A DNA stretch of 64,000 nucleotides from Macrostomum lignano. Lineage: Eukaryota. Made by a program: the position numbers and the translations under genes. The notes beneath the pieces were generated by a model, which was not told the origin of the DNA, ran no database searches, and was given only the letters and a program-made list of their open reading frames with translations. This document shows, piece after piece, positions 33,501 to 43,900 of the stretch. The DNA is taken from NCBI GenBank assembly GCA_002269645.1, contig NIVC01000034.1:284883-348882 (forward strand), read 5' to 3'. Position 1 is the stretch's first letter, and each line of letters starts with the position of its first letter.

Positions 33501-35677
33501 TTCCCGTCGGAACGAAATAACGAAGTCAACGAACACAGCACCAAGTGCAGATTTGCAGTTCAACGTACTAGGCGTCTCGTCAGCGGTACCTGCCGGGCTT
33601 GGTTGGTAGAGGGAGGGCTGAGTTAGCCTCTCGTAGGCTTGGGCGCTTTAGTCGGGACTCAGTCAGACCAATAAGAACAGAACTTAACGCACACAGATGG
33701 GCTGACACTCAGAACTCACGGTCTCGCTAGAAACTGGGAACTCAGGATCTCAGTAAACTGGAAGCTCCTTGACGGAAAAAAGGGGGAGAAGGGTCCTATT
33801 TATAGCCGGGAAACACCCACGCAGAAGACCTCGTGACTCGTTCTATTTTTAGAACTGACGTCACTTGAGGGTCCCCCGGCAGAGTGCACATGGCTGTGAC
33901 TCAGTTGCTATTTTTAGCAACATGAGTCACTCCTCTCCTTAGAGAAGGGAGGGGACCGAAAGCATGTGACTCACCCGGTAAACAGGGCCAGCGAGTGCAG
34001 TAAACATGTCTACTGCACTTTAAGACTCGAAGAACTCAAAAACTGTCATGTGACTAGCTCACGAGACAGGGTAAGCGGGACGGAAGCGAAACAGAGACAG
34101 CCAACAGCAGAGAAGCTGAAGGCTGAGAACAGAGACGCAAAGGGAGCGCAAAAGGGACAGGAGCAGACAGACAAGGGAGCGGGAAGCTGACCAGCGGCAG
34201 ACAGAAACCCACAGAGGGGGCGAGAGCAAGGGCGACTGCTGACAAAGGGCGACGCCTAACAATAAACTAGCGGCTCACTACAATTGTGAGACGGAGGGGT
34301 AGATAATCATGTAGATAATTATTTTAAGAACACGTAGATATAAGACAGGTAGATAATTAATTGAAGACAGGTAGATAATCAATTGAACACAGGTAGATAA
34401 TCATTCTAGGACAGGTGGATAATCATTCTAGGACACTTACAGATGATCATTTTAAGACAGGTAGATAATCATTTTAGGACAGGTAGATAATCATTCTAGG
34501 ACACTTTTACAGATAATCATTTTCAGACAGGCAGATAATCATTTTAAGACAGGTAGATAATCCTTCTAGGACACTTAAAGATGATCATTTTAAGACAGGT
34601 AGATAATCATTTTAAGACAGGTAGATAATCCTTCTAGGACACTTACAGATAATCATTTTTAGACACGTATACAGATAAGTATTTTAAGACAGGTAGATAA
34701 TCATTTTAAGACAGGTAGATGATCCTTCTAGGACACTTAAAGATAATCATTTTAAGACAGGTAGATAATCCTTCTAGGACACTTAAAGATAATCATTTTA
34801 AGACAGGTAGATAATCCTTTTAGGACACTTTTACAGATAATCATTTTTAGACACGTATACAGATAAGTATTTTAAGACAGGTAGATAATCATTTTAAGGC
34901 AGGTAGATAATCAATTAAAGACAGGTAGATAATCATTTTAGGACAGGTAGATAATCATTTTAGAACAGGTAGGTAATCATTTTAGGACAGGTAGATAATC
35001 ATTTTAAGACAGGTAGATAATCATTTTAAGACAGGTAGATAATCATTTTAAGACAGGTAGATAATCATTTTAAGACAGGTAGATAATCATTTTAAGACAG
35101 GTAGATAATCATTTTAAGACAGGTAGATAATCATTTTAAGACAGGTAGATAATCATTTTAAGACAGGTAGATAATCATTTTAAGACAGGTAGATAATCAT
35201 TTTAAGACAGGTAGATAATCATTTTAGGACACGTCTACAGATAATAATTTTAATTAAGACAGAAAAATTAATTATTGTGAGAGAAGTAGATATCCAGAGG
35301 GAACGAACAACCAATTCAATTGGAGTCCTCAACCCATCTCATTATCCCCATCCGCCCCGCAGATCCGCCGCCTTATGGGTGCCAGCCGCGACCCAGTGGA
35401 GCTGGAACTTCTTGGCGCCTCAGACCGACTTGTTCGCCAAGCTCTGCAAGAGCAGCAGAGAGCAGCGCTTAGACTCGAACGTCTGCCCAGCGCTACAGCA
35501 GAAGACTGCGGAGCTGAGCTCACTTACGCCGACTTGGCTCAGATGCTGGAGTCTGTACTCGAGTCCACGGAGTTTTATCACGGTCGCGCTGGCAACAGAA
35601 ATTCTCAACAGCAGCAGCAGCAACATCAAGGAGGCAGGCCGGCATTGCGCAGAGGCATCTCACTGTCAGATAGTTAG
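21596..35677 (+). CDS. NEK10: NIMA-related kinase 10 (ARM repeats plus Ser/Thr kinase), 9 exons, ~1109 aa
   Basis: Exons 21596-21624, 21718-22345, 23232-23702, 24263-24643, 25106-25409, 30239-30410, 31092-31407, 32481-33194, 35363-35677 total 3330 nt and keep frame. Motifs: AACCALTEL, RALRFLFSLERNR, FIDIGHYNRDLSAY, LGSGAFG, HPNVVRYYKTF, LRYLHKEKDIVHRDLSPNNIML, DFGLAKQK, ISQRRVRQISDPI, LTYADL..MLESVL. Confidence 0.95.
21718..22345 (+). CDS. NEK10: NEK10 exon 2
   Basis: Acceptor aaacAG, donor GTAGG. Translates RNERRFGAS...LRILLRD...NVFQKL. Confidence 0.88.
22432..23130. repeat. Intronic minisatellite, ~31-33-bp unit GTGTCAGAGACTGTAACACACCGTTAATGAT
   Basis: About 20 units in NEK10 intron 2. 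Confidence 0.93.
23232..23702 (+). CDS. NEK10: NEK10 exon 3 (ARM region)
   Basis: Translates LHALASLA, YDSQSKRLAANLLRLL, LWCLIQLAED, EVRALGGVPLIL. Confidence 0.92.
23800..24175. repeat. Intronic minisatellite, ~42-bp unit CTAAGAATCCGAATCCCAAATCTGAGAATTCCAACCCTAATT
   Basis: About 8 units in NEK10 intron 3. Confidence 0.9.
24263..24643 (+). CDS. NEK10: NEK10 exon 4
   Basis: Translates AACCALTELLIDDRN...FIDIGHYNRDLSAY; donor GTGAGG. Confidence 0.93.
25106..25409 (+). CDS. NEK10: NEK10 exon 5 (kinase subdomains I-IV)
   Basis: Translates YAVLEILGSGAFGTVYKV, YAIKEL, HPNVVRYYKTF; donor GTAAGT. Confidence 0.93.
25890..26570 (+). mobile_element. Possible non-autonomous Helitron/DINE-like element
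   Basis: CTGTCTGTCTGT near the 5' end, GGCTCAACCGATTTT motif, internal duplicated TTAAATATTCGAAAAACT, 3' hairpin CTCCAC...GTGGAG. Confidence 0.35.
27139..27190 (+). pseudogene. tRNA-like fragment (A and B box; Ser-GCT-like loop), probable SINE head
   Basis: TAGCCTAGAGGTAAA ... CTGCTAA ... CGTGGGTTCGAAT, then a T-run; no acceptor stem. Confidence 0.35.
27320..30202 (+). mobile_element. Two diverged ~1.4-kb tandem G-rich blocks with Helitron-like 3' ends
   Basis: Both blocks carry the same ordered sub-repeats (GAATTGCTGAGATGTCAAGGCTT, then GGGGATTCTTTGGAT) and end in CAGTTGGGTGAA...GGAAAGCC(T/C)CAACGGG(A/G)GTTGGAATTGGCTAG (CTAG at 28699-28702 and 30199-30202). Confidence 0.55.
30239..30410 (+). 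CDS. NEK10: NEK10 exon 6
   Basis: Translates DKLYIVMELIEGA...LALRYLHKEKDIVHR (read manually; absent from the ORF track). Confidence 0.93.
30478..30990. repeat. Minisatellite, 15-bp unit GGTGCTAAAGCCCCT
   Basis: About 34 units in NEK10 intron 6; source of the KPLVL/AKAPG pseudo-ORFs. Confidence 0.95.
31092..31407 (+). CDS. NEK10: NEK10 exon 7 (catalytic and activation loops)
   Basis: Translates DLSPNNIMLG, DFGLAKQK, GTMVYACPE, YGEKADIWSIG. Confidence 0.95.
31420..32405. repeat. Intronic G-rich minisatellite, 35-bp unit GGGGGAATTAGGAATCTGGGAATGAAGTCTTGGCT
   Basis: About 27 units in NEK10 intron 7. Confidence 0.95.
32481..33194 (+). CDS. NEK10: NEK10 exon 8
   Basis: Translates CLTVDSERRPDI, an Ala/Ser/Gly low-complexity linker, then ISQRRVRQISDPILPML. 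Confidence 0.9.
33318..34282. mobile_element. Probable solo LTR inserted into the NEK10 intron-8 minisatellite
   Basis: 965-bp unique, GC-richer segment with TGT...ACA termini, TATA-like TATTTATAG at ~33797 and AATAAA at 34261. Repeat-like sequence lies on both sides. No clean TSD at these termini. Confidence 0.5.
34290..35245. repeat. Intronic minisatellite, 22-bp unit AGACAGGTAGATAATCATTTTA
   Basis: About 40 units, most homogeneous toward the 3' end. Confidence 0.95.
35363..35677 (+). CDS. NEK10: NEK10 terminal exon 9
   Basis: Translates IRRLMGASRDPVEL...LTYADLAQMLESVLESTEFY; TAG at 35675-35677. Confidence 0.88.
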   Translation: MRRLMGASRDPVELELLGASDRLVRQALQEQQRAALRLERLPSATAEDCGAELTYADLAQMLESVLESTEFYHGRAGNRNSQQQQQQHQGGRPALRRGISLSDS

Positions 35678-35760
35678 ATTTCAGTAAACCATAAAGTTTT
35701 CATTCGAAGCAAATAACTTTGAGTTCGTGCTTACAAATATAATGATAATATTCACAGTAA

Positions 35761-36000
35761 GGGTTGTGCGCACCCTGGCGCACTTTAAGCGACATTACTC
35801 GTACTCCCCTGAGCAGGCATACAAGCGCGCGGATACGTACGCAGGCACACACACAGGAGTGTACAGCGGCCCTAACTTTATATTATCGTTAGGCATGTAC
35901 ACTTCACTGCGCCTTGGGGGGTTGGCTCTCCAGGGCGGTAATTGCACGAGCAGAGCCAAGCCGAGATTCCAATTTACGATCCCCTCTACCACTGAGCTTA
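35761..36000 (-). mobile_element. tRNA-derived SINE copy 1
   Basis: Body shared with 46325-46627 (GCACCCTGGCGCACTTTAAGCGACATT, GGAGTGTACAGCGGCCCTAACTTT, GGCATGTACACTTCACTG). A-box-like AGCTCAGTGGTAGAG on the minus strand. Confidence 0.7.
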
Positions 36001-36689
36001 GTATTTACAATATTTAATGAGTTGAAAATCGGTTATGAAATACAAAGGAAGTTTTCTGCATAGTTAGTAAGGTCTAAACAAGATCAAACTGATGTTATGA
36101 TCACCCATTGCAGAAGCAGAAAATTTTCCCATCTTTGTTTCATTTGAATTTTGTCGTATTTTAATGCTGTTTTTCTCTTTCGTACTACTCATTTCTGTAG
36201 TATAGTTTGAAGTATCAGTGCAACAAGTTTAAAGATGTGAAGAATTTTTTAACATTTCAAATACTGAGTTGCTTTCCAAGATCATTTTATTTCTGTGGCC
36301 TTCAAATCTGCTGTGAATGTAATTTTGTAGTGCGCTTAGACTTACAATTTAGATTTAATAGACCTATATCGCATTCGATGCATGCTTTGAATATTATCAA
36401 TTTGCACTACTGCAAAAACCGGCCACTGAGTAGCGTAATGAGAGTTTTCTACTCAGATTTTTACACGTATTCAAAATAATATTCCGTCCGTAAATCAAAA
36501 GCTGTATTTCATTGTTTGGTCGTTTGCGCTTTTCCTCAATTTTTTCTGCATGAAAATTTTTCTCGGCATTTTTATTAATAACTCTATGCTTTCTCTATCG
36601 TCACATTTCTGTTTTGAAAGTATAAACACATTCCTTACCCTGGCTACAGTTCACCTCATTTGTTCTATCACTCCGTGTGCATCAATCTA

Positions 36690-36935
36690 ACTCGCACCAG
36701 TCACCATAGCTAGACACCCGCCACCCCAATGTACACACGCCCCAGTCAGTATAGCTAGACACCCGCCACCCCAATGTACACACGCCCTAGTCAGTATAGC
36801 TAGACACCCGCAACCCCAATGTACACACGCCCTATTCAGTATAGCTAGACACCCGCAACCCCAATGTACACACGCCCCAGTCAGTATAGCTAGACACCCA
36901 CCACCCCAATGTACACACGCCCCAGTCAGTAGCCC
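36690..36935. repeat. Minisatellite, 45-bp unit, ~5 copies
   Basis: CCAGTCAGTATAGCTAGACACCCGCCACCCCAATGTACACACGCC repeated. Confidence 0.92.
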
Positions 36936-37933
36936 AGACATGGTACTAAATTCAACTCAAATATCATTACTCAATTCTTTCTAATTCGCCGCCCGTCCAC
37001 AGGAAGAAAATTATGCGACTTTAATAATTTATTTTGTTATAATTGAGACTTTATTAAAAGCTTCTCTGTTTTCCTTACGCTGCTTCCTGTTGTGCTTATA
37101 ATTGCCTAGTTTAATAAATATTATCTGTTAAGTTGAATGTCGTACATTTTCTTTGTTTCAAATCTATGTAGGTTAATTTTTAGCGTAGTTTAATATTAAC
37201 TTAGTGTTTTATTTTCAAAAAAATGTTAATTAGTTGAAACTCCGTCCATAATAACTGTGCGCAAGTGCCTTGATTGACATTGTATTGGTGGTATTCTCCT
37301 CATGCATGTGAGTTGGGAAATAAATTAATATGAAGCATTGGAGAGGCCACCGATATACTCTCGTATTATTGTGCTCCAGTTGTGTAGTCATAAATGATCC
37401 CCTTGGAACCTGTTATTGTTTTGAATTTAGATTATTTGTAAGGGTTTTAAGGATTCGCCACAGATAAAGATGATTTTGTTTAATGTTATAGCCACAATCT
37501 GGTAAATTATTCGAAAAAGACCCTTTTTATCTTCTAGTCCAGATGCTGTTTCTAGAACTCCACGGCTGGCTAACTGAAACACGTGGCTATACTTTGCACT
37601 TTTCAGAGTTAAGAAATCTCGCAAAGTTTGCTGTTGCTGATACCTAACCTTGGTGTGTTTGCTCAAGCGAAAGATGAATATAGTTTAAAGCGCAGGTACA
37701 GAAGCATAAACCAGCTATCGAAAGTTTCTTTTTTATCTTATCTATTACTTCGCAATGGCTTGAATGCCGATTGCCGAGGTTTCTCTGTGCCATGGTCGCC
37801 GTATCAGGGAAAGTTCTTGAAAGAAACTAGTTATAAAGGCACTTTAGATTCAGCAGGCTACTTTGCTTAAGAGACAGTGGTAAAGGTCAAGACGAACCTT
37901 TCAAACCGCAACGCTACGTAGGCCACGGAAACA

Positions 37934-40900
37934 ATGGGAGTCTTGCAATGGATGCACGCAATCTCTGTGCTGTTGGCGTTGGGTACCGCGCATCCAGCTG
38001 CTGCGGATATCTGCACCATCACTACAGGTTCCGGTGAGCATATGGAGTCATTAGCGGTTGACAGAAAAACCTGCTAAATAACTATTTGTCACTATAAGGA
38101 TTCCATCGTAATATAGCTTGTACTGTAACCGACTATTGATGTAGAAAATGCAAGATAATCAGATAAAAATACTACTAGCTGGGAGAATAGTTAAATTTAC
38201 AGGCGGAAACTATAAAGGCACTACATGTAAGACAGCTCAACATGATGATAGACTAGCAACTTGACGATTAGAAAAGCGCAAAGATACTAAGACAGAATTG
38301 ACACTAAGACCCAGGAAACTAAAACATTAAGAAACTAGAACAGATAGACGCTAGAACAGATAGACTCTAGGACAGATAAACACTGGACAGATAGACACTA
38401 GGACAGTTAGACACTAGGACAGATAGACGCGCGTCGCTTTTTCAATCTCCTACTGAAAAATCCAGAATACTAGTACACTGAGACAAAGTTATGCTATGCA
38501 CAGACAGACAAAGTGACTGACAGCCAGCAAAATAGAATAGAATAGAATAGAAGAAATATAAATAAACATAAATAAGAAATATAAATAGAATAGAATAAAA
38601 TAGCCAGTATCCCGCTGTCATGCCTCCCCGAAAAAAATTTACAACCGCGTGCAGAGAAGCTGCCATCGGCTCCGAAGCGATTCCACATCACCATGGCAAC
38701 AGTGAGCCAACCGGGAGACTTCGTCGGGCACGCATCGCTGATGGTCGTTGAAGAGATGGGCCGAGCCGCCGTTAATGCCGAGAATTTTTTTAGTAACGAC
38801 GAAGAGTTCAAAGTTATTTACGATATGGCAAGCGATCAAGTAATGCTGATCGATCGGAAAGCTGACGAGTTTCAAATTGGTAGGTTTTCGAAATCTGTGG
38901 TCTTTTTTCTTCCTATATTAAGGGGGAGAGCAGAGGCAGAGGGAGAGAGTAAGGCAGGACGCGGGTGAGGGAGAGGGAGAGAGAAGAAGGGAGGGAGAGA
39001 GGGAGAGGGTGAGAGGAGGAGGGAGAGAGTGAAAGGGAGAGAGGAGAAAGGAGAGAGAGAGGAGGAGGGAGAGAGGAGAATGGAGAGAGAGGAGGGAGAG
39101 GGAGTGGAGGAGGGAGAGAGGGAGAGAGGAGAAGGGAGGGAGAGAGGAGGAAGGAGAGAGAGAGGAGGAAGGAGAGAGAGGGAGAGAGGAGAAGGGAGGG
39201 AGAGAGGAGGAGGGAGAGAGGGAGAGAGGAGAAGGGAGGGAGAGAGGAGGAAGGAGAGAGAGAGGAGGAGGAAGGAGAGAGAGGGAGAGAGAAGAAGGGA
39301 GGGAGAGAGGAGGAGGGAGAAAGAAAGGAGGGAGAGAGAGAAAGGGAGAGGGAGATTGGAATTCCCGTTCTGAAATTTCTTATTGCAATGCTCTTGTTCC
39401 AAGCTTTCCCCTTTAGGCTTACACAATTTGCACTGTTCCAGCACTCAGTTAAAGATACCGATAGCGTGACGCATCCACCATTTTATAAGCAAAAATATTT
39501 GGGTTTGTCGATTTATAGGGTTGGAATTGGGGCTTTATCTTACGGTCAATAGTTAACTGCTTATTTTTAATAATTAACTCATCGGCATTATGAGAGCCTT
39601 TAATAGGCAAGTGTATTTGAATATTTTAATCAGGCCTATTAATATGGGCTCGTACACGAACTCGGCATACGGCTTATCGTTTCATTTTCGCTCATGGGGA
39701 CGAAACACCAGGATACAAATATAGGACTAATACAGAAACACAGGAATATACAAAGTTCCATTATCATTAAACATGATGAACAACTGAAATAGGAGGAGCG
39801 TTCATCTATTTGAGTTGTTCATCGCATGCACACACACTAGATATCTCGCCGGGACGTGGGTATCGTCTCCCAATTTGCGTCAGTACCAAACAAATTGGCG
39901 TCGAGCTTTCGACCGAGCATCTTCGAACCTGCAATTTCAGACAACTGTCAACTCCAGACGTCTGGCAGCAGCAATTTTCAACTAATGGCCAAGATCAAAA
40001 ACAAAGGCGCAGACAGAATGGTTCCGAGTGGAAAGTTTCTGACGCCTCCGGAGGAGCTGAGAATTGATAAAGATTCAAATACGGTAAATTCTATAATTTA
40101 GAAAACATGATCTTGGGATCCATTGCCTGTCCATTAGAACACTATTCAACTAATTGTAGGAAATTAACGGAATTCAAACAACGCCATATCGAGCATGCTA
40201 CAGCGATTCTCTAGCGACCGTCGAAGTAACTTGGTGGTATCCAATTGGTAAGTGAGCAACTTGTGAAAATCTCCTGCAGATGTAAAGATTTTCAAGCCAA
40301 TTTATTTAACCATCGCATCAGGATCCGACTCTCCGATTCAAATCAAAAGCATGTACCAGTTGAAGTCAGGTGGAAATGTCGTTACAACTACCTACACGCC
40401 AACTCCAATGCGGAATCTGTCAGAGAAACACGACGCTATGCGGCATCCGCTGATGGTAGGATAGATGTATTTTGTTGTCACTGATGCGTTTTATGTGCTA
40501 AATTGATAGATACGAGCGTAAATTTTAGTGCTGAAAAGTACGGCAGAGACTGGTACAGGGAGTATTTTGGATAATCCTAGTCGTTGCCACTGTCTCCTAG
40601 TGGTCGCCACTGTCTCCTAGTGGTCGCCACTGTCTCCTAGTGGTCGCCACTGTCTCCTAGTGGTCGCCACTGTCTCCTAGTGGTCGCCACTGTCTCCTAG
40701 TGGTCGCCACTGTCCAAGAGGAGACAAAAGTTGAGCTCCTGTCATTTGTTGGGCTTGATTACCTCTCATTTAGTTTTTTTTGTTGGGGCGATTAAGGAGC
40801 GGGGATGTGGCTCACGATGTAGTATACTTATTCTCATAGTTGTCAAAGCGACTGTCAACTTAAGTTCCGGTATCGAGTCCAAGGTGAATCACCCAATTCC

Positions 40901-43900
40901 GTATCCTCTGAACGCCCCATCCGGCAAGTTATCGATTGCTTCGGACTCCACTCCGGCCTCTAAGTTGACCCTCCTTTGACATTTCCTTCAAAAAGAATCC
41001 GAATTTTAACTTTTTCTCCCTTTACTTTGGAAAATATACAGGCTCCAAAAGGAGTATACTGCAAAGACATGGTCTCAAGCAAGAAAGCACCCGAGCCAAA
41101 TAACCGATTCGGTTTTAGCGTTGAAGAGTTTGTCGGTAAGTTTACTAAGTTGCATTTGAACTACGAGCATACTTAAGATAGCTGCACTGCATTCGACCAT
41201 ATGAAATTTCTGCAGTACACAGTCATATTACTTTGGGGCTGGTGCCTCAAGACGCATAGTGTACCGGTGTAAACGCCTGACCATTAGAAAGTCAGGACTG
41301 CTGTATAACCTGTATGAACGACTGTACACTTGACTAGCAGGAGTGTCTGAAACTCCCCTGAGCTCCCCAAACTAACTTGCTAAAATTTCAACTGCTTAAG
41401 CTATAGCACTATGTGTTTTAATATAACACTACAACACTTCAACACTAAGTATGCTTCTATTGTCTATGGCAGTTGTTAATAATCAATTACAGTTCGACAG
41501 CGCGAAGCTAAGAAGCCAGAGCGGCATTTCCTATCGATAGCTTCACACTTTTGTTCCACTGCAATTATCTGCTTTTTCATAGTTGTAGCACCCGCTACAA
41601 AGTGGTAGCAGAGCGTGCGATAACACCATCTGGCTTACCTTACGATGCCCAGCAAACGCAGCAAGCGACAAACGGTGGCCAACACCACCGGCTCTACGTC
41701 TACTACAGAGAGGGACACAGCCTCGACGGCCCAAGAGTCGATTAACCGTGGCACGGTCCGCCCACCACCATTCTACCGCAAAGCGCCCGATGTCTGGTTC
41801 CGCCAACTGGAATCTCAGTTTGTCTTGGCCCGCATCACCTGTCCAACGACAAAGTTTCATCACGCTCTGTCCGCACTGCCGGAAGACGTCGCCTGCGACA
41901 TTGCCGATGTAGAGGACGATTACGAAGCACTGAAGTCAGCTGTGACGGAACTACTCCGGGCCAACCGCCACCAGCGCATCGAAGAAGCGCTCGCTGCGGT
42001 CGAGCTCGGTGACCGCCGTCCTACACAGCTAGTTACGGACATTCGACGGCGCTTCTCCGAAGTTGGCCTGCAGGTCGACGACTCGATCGTCAAGTCCCGC
42101 CTGCTGTCCGCCCTTCCCGGCAACATCCGTTCAGCGCTCGTCGGCCACGAATCTGAAGCACTCGACAACTTCGCAAGGATCGCTGACAGCATGTTGGCAG
42201 TCGCCGGTCCCACGACACCATTCCACACAATCGCGCGAGCTACCGCTGCACCGTCAGCCCCTTCGCCAGGCAACGCCCGTGAGGCACGACCCCAGCGACG
42301 CACCCGACAGTCAAGGCAGAAGGTCTGCAACGGCCACATCTACTACGGCGCAGAGGCTCGCACCTGCCGACCATGGTGCCAGTGGCCCGGACCAAAGCCA
42401 CAACGCGTGCTCAAGAGCCGTCAGGCTACGCCGGCACAGTCGCGCGCCGCCAGTCCAACAAACGCGTAGGTCATGCGCCAGGGCCGAGCCATGACCTCAA
42501 CGAGGCCGCTTCCTTGTTGTTACCCTGTAAATTGTTCGGAAAAACGGTTCGTTTTGTTGTGGACACCGGTGCTGAGCGCTCCCTGCTGCCTTTGGACCTT
42601 GCACCTCGCCACCTGCTGGCACCCACGCAGGTCCGGCTACGCAGCGTCGATGGTCGCGAATTTAGTACTCTCGGTCAGTGCTCACTGTCTGTCGCAGTCC
42701 CAGAGCTACGCCGCCTGTTTCCCGCGAACTTCATCGTTGCTGATACACCGCCGATTCTGGGAGCCGACTTCCTGGCTAAGTTCGGTCTCCTAATTGACAT
42801 GCGGAACAGACGTCTGCATGACCCGACTACTCAACTTCATGCAGCTCTTCAAGCAATAGCAGACTCAGCCCCACAGGTGCTAGCAACATCGGGAGTGTTA
42901 GCGACACCCCTCGATGCTTTCCCGCAGCTAGCAGAAGCCCCAGACTATTCGTCCGCACCTTCGTCTAGCACAGTCAGCCACCAGATAATTACCGACAGCA
43001 AGCCGCTATTCTGCCGACCTCGTCCACTCCCTCCAGCCAAGTTCGATGCAGCGAAGGCGGAGTTTGACAAACTGCTGCAGCTCGGCATCGTGCGACCTTC
43101 CGCCAGTCCATGGGCGTCCCCTCTTCACATGGTGAAGAAGAAGGACGGCTCGTGGCGTCCCTGCGGCGACTACCGCGCACTCAACGCAGTAACCAAGCCA
43201 GATCGCTACCCGATACCCCACATCGGACACTTTCACCATCGACTCCACGGGTCACGGGTTTTCAGTAAGCTTGACCTTGTCAAAGCTTACCACTTCGTAC
43301 CCATTGCGGCGGAGGACATAGAGAAGACTGCAGTTTGCACGCCATTCGGTTCGTTTGAGTATCTGCGCATGCCATTCGGACTACGCAACGCAGCCAGTAC
43401 CTTTCAACGGTTCGTCGACGCGATTTTCCGCGACATGCCATTCGTGGTCACCTACATTGACGATATTCTGATCCACAGCACCTGCCGCGAGGAGCACGAG
43501 GCACATCTACATGCCGTACTGCAACGCCTGTGCGACAACGGACTGCGTGTAAGCCCTCACAAATGCCAATTCTATCAGGATACAATCGAGTTCCTGGGCC
43601 ATCAGATTTCTGGAGACGGGATCCGACCGCTGCCCGATCGAGTCGATGCCCAACGTGCTCTTCCTCCACCCAAGGACAGCAGGGAGTTGCAGCGATATCT
43701 CGGCATGTTCGGCTTTTACCAACGCCACATTCAGCACTACGCACAGCTGCTACTCCCGCTGCGACAACTTTTGCACGGCACCTTCAGTTGGCTCCCAGAA
43801 CATGACCAGGCATGGCGGGCGCTGCAAGACGCGCTCGCTGACGCGGTCACTCTCGCTTTTCCGCATCCGGAGGCCAACTTCACAGTAACAACGGATGCCA

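Noticed and set aside
38872-39444. Leu/Ser/Pro-rich and Glu/Arg-rich ORFs
   Set aside because: GA/CT low-complexity repeat.
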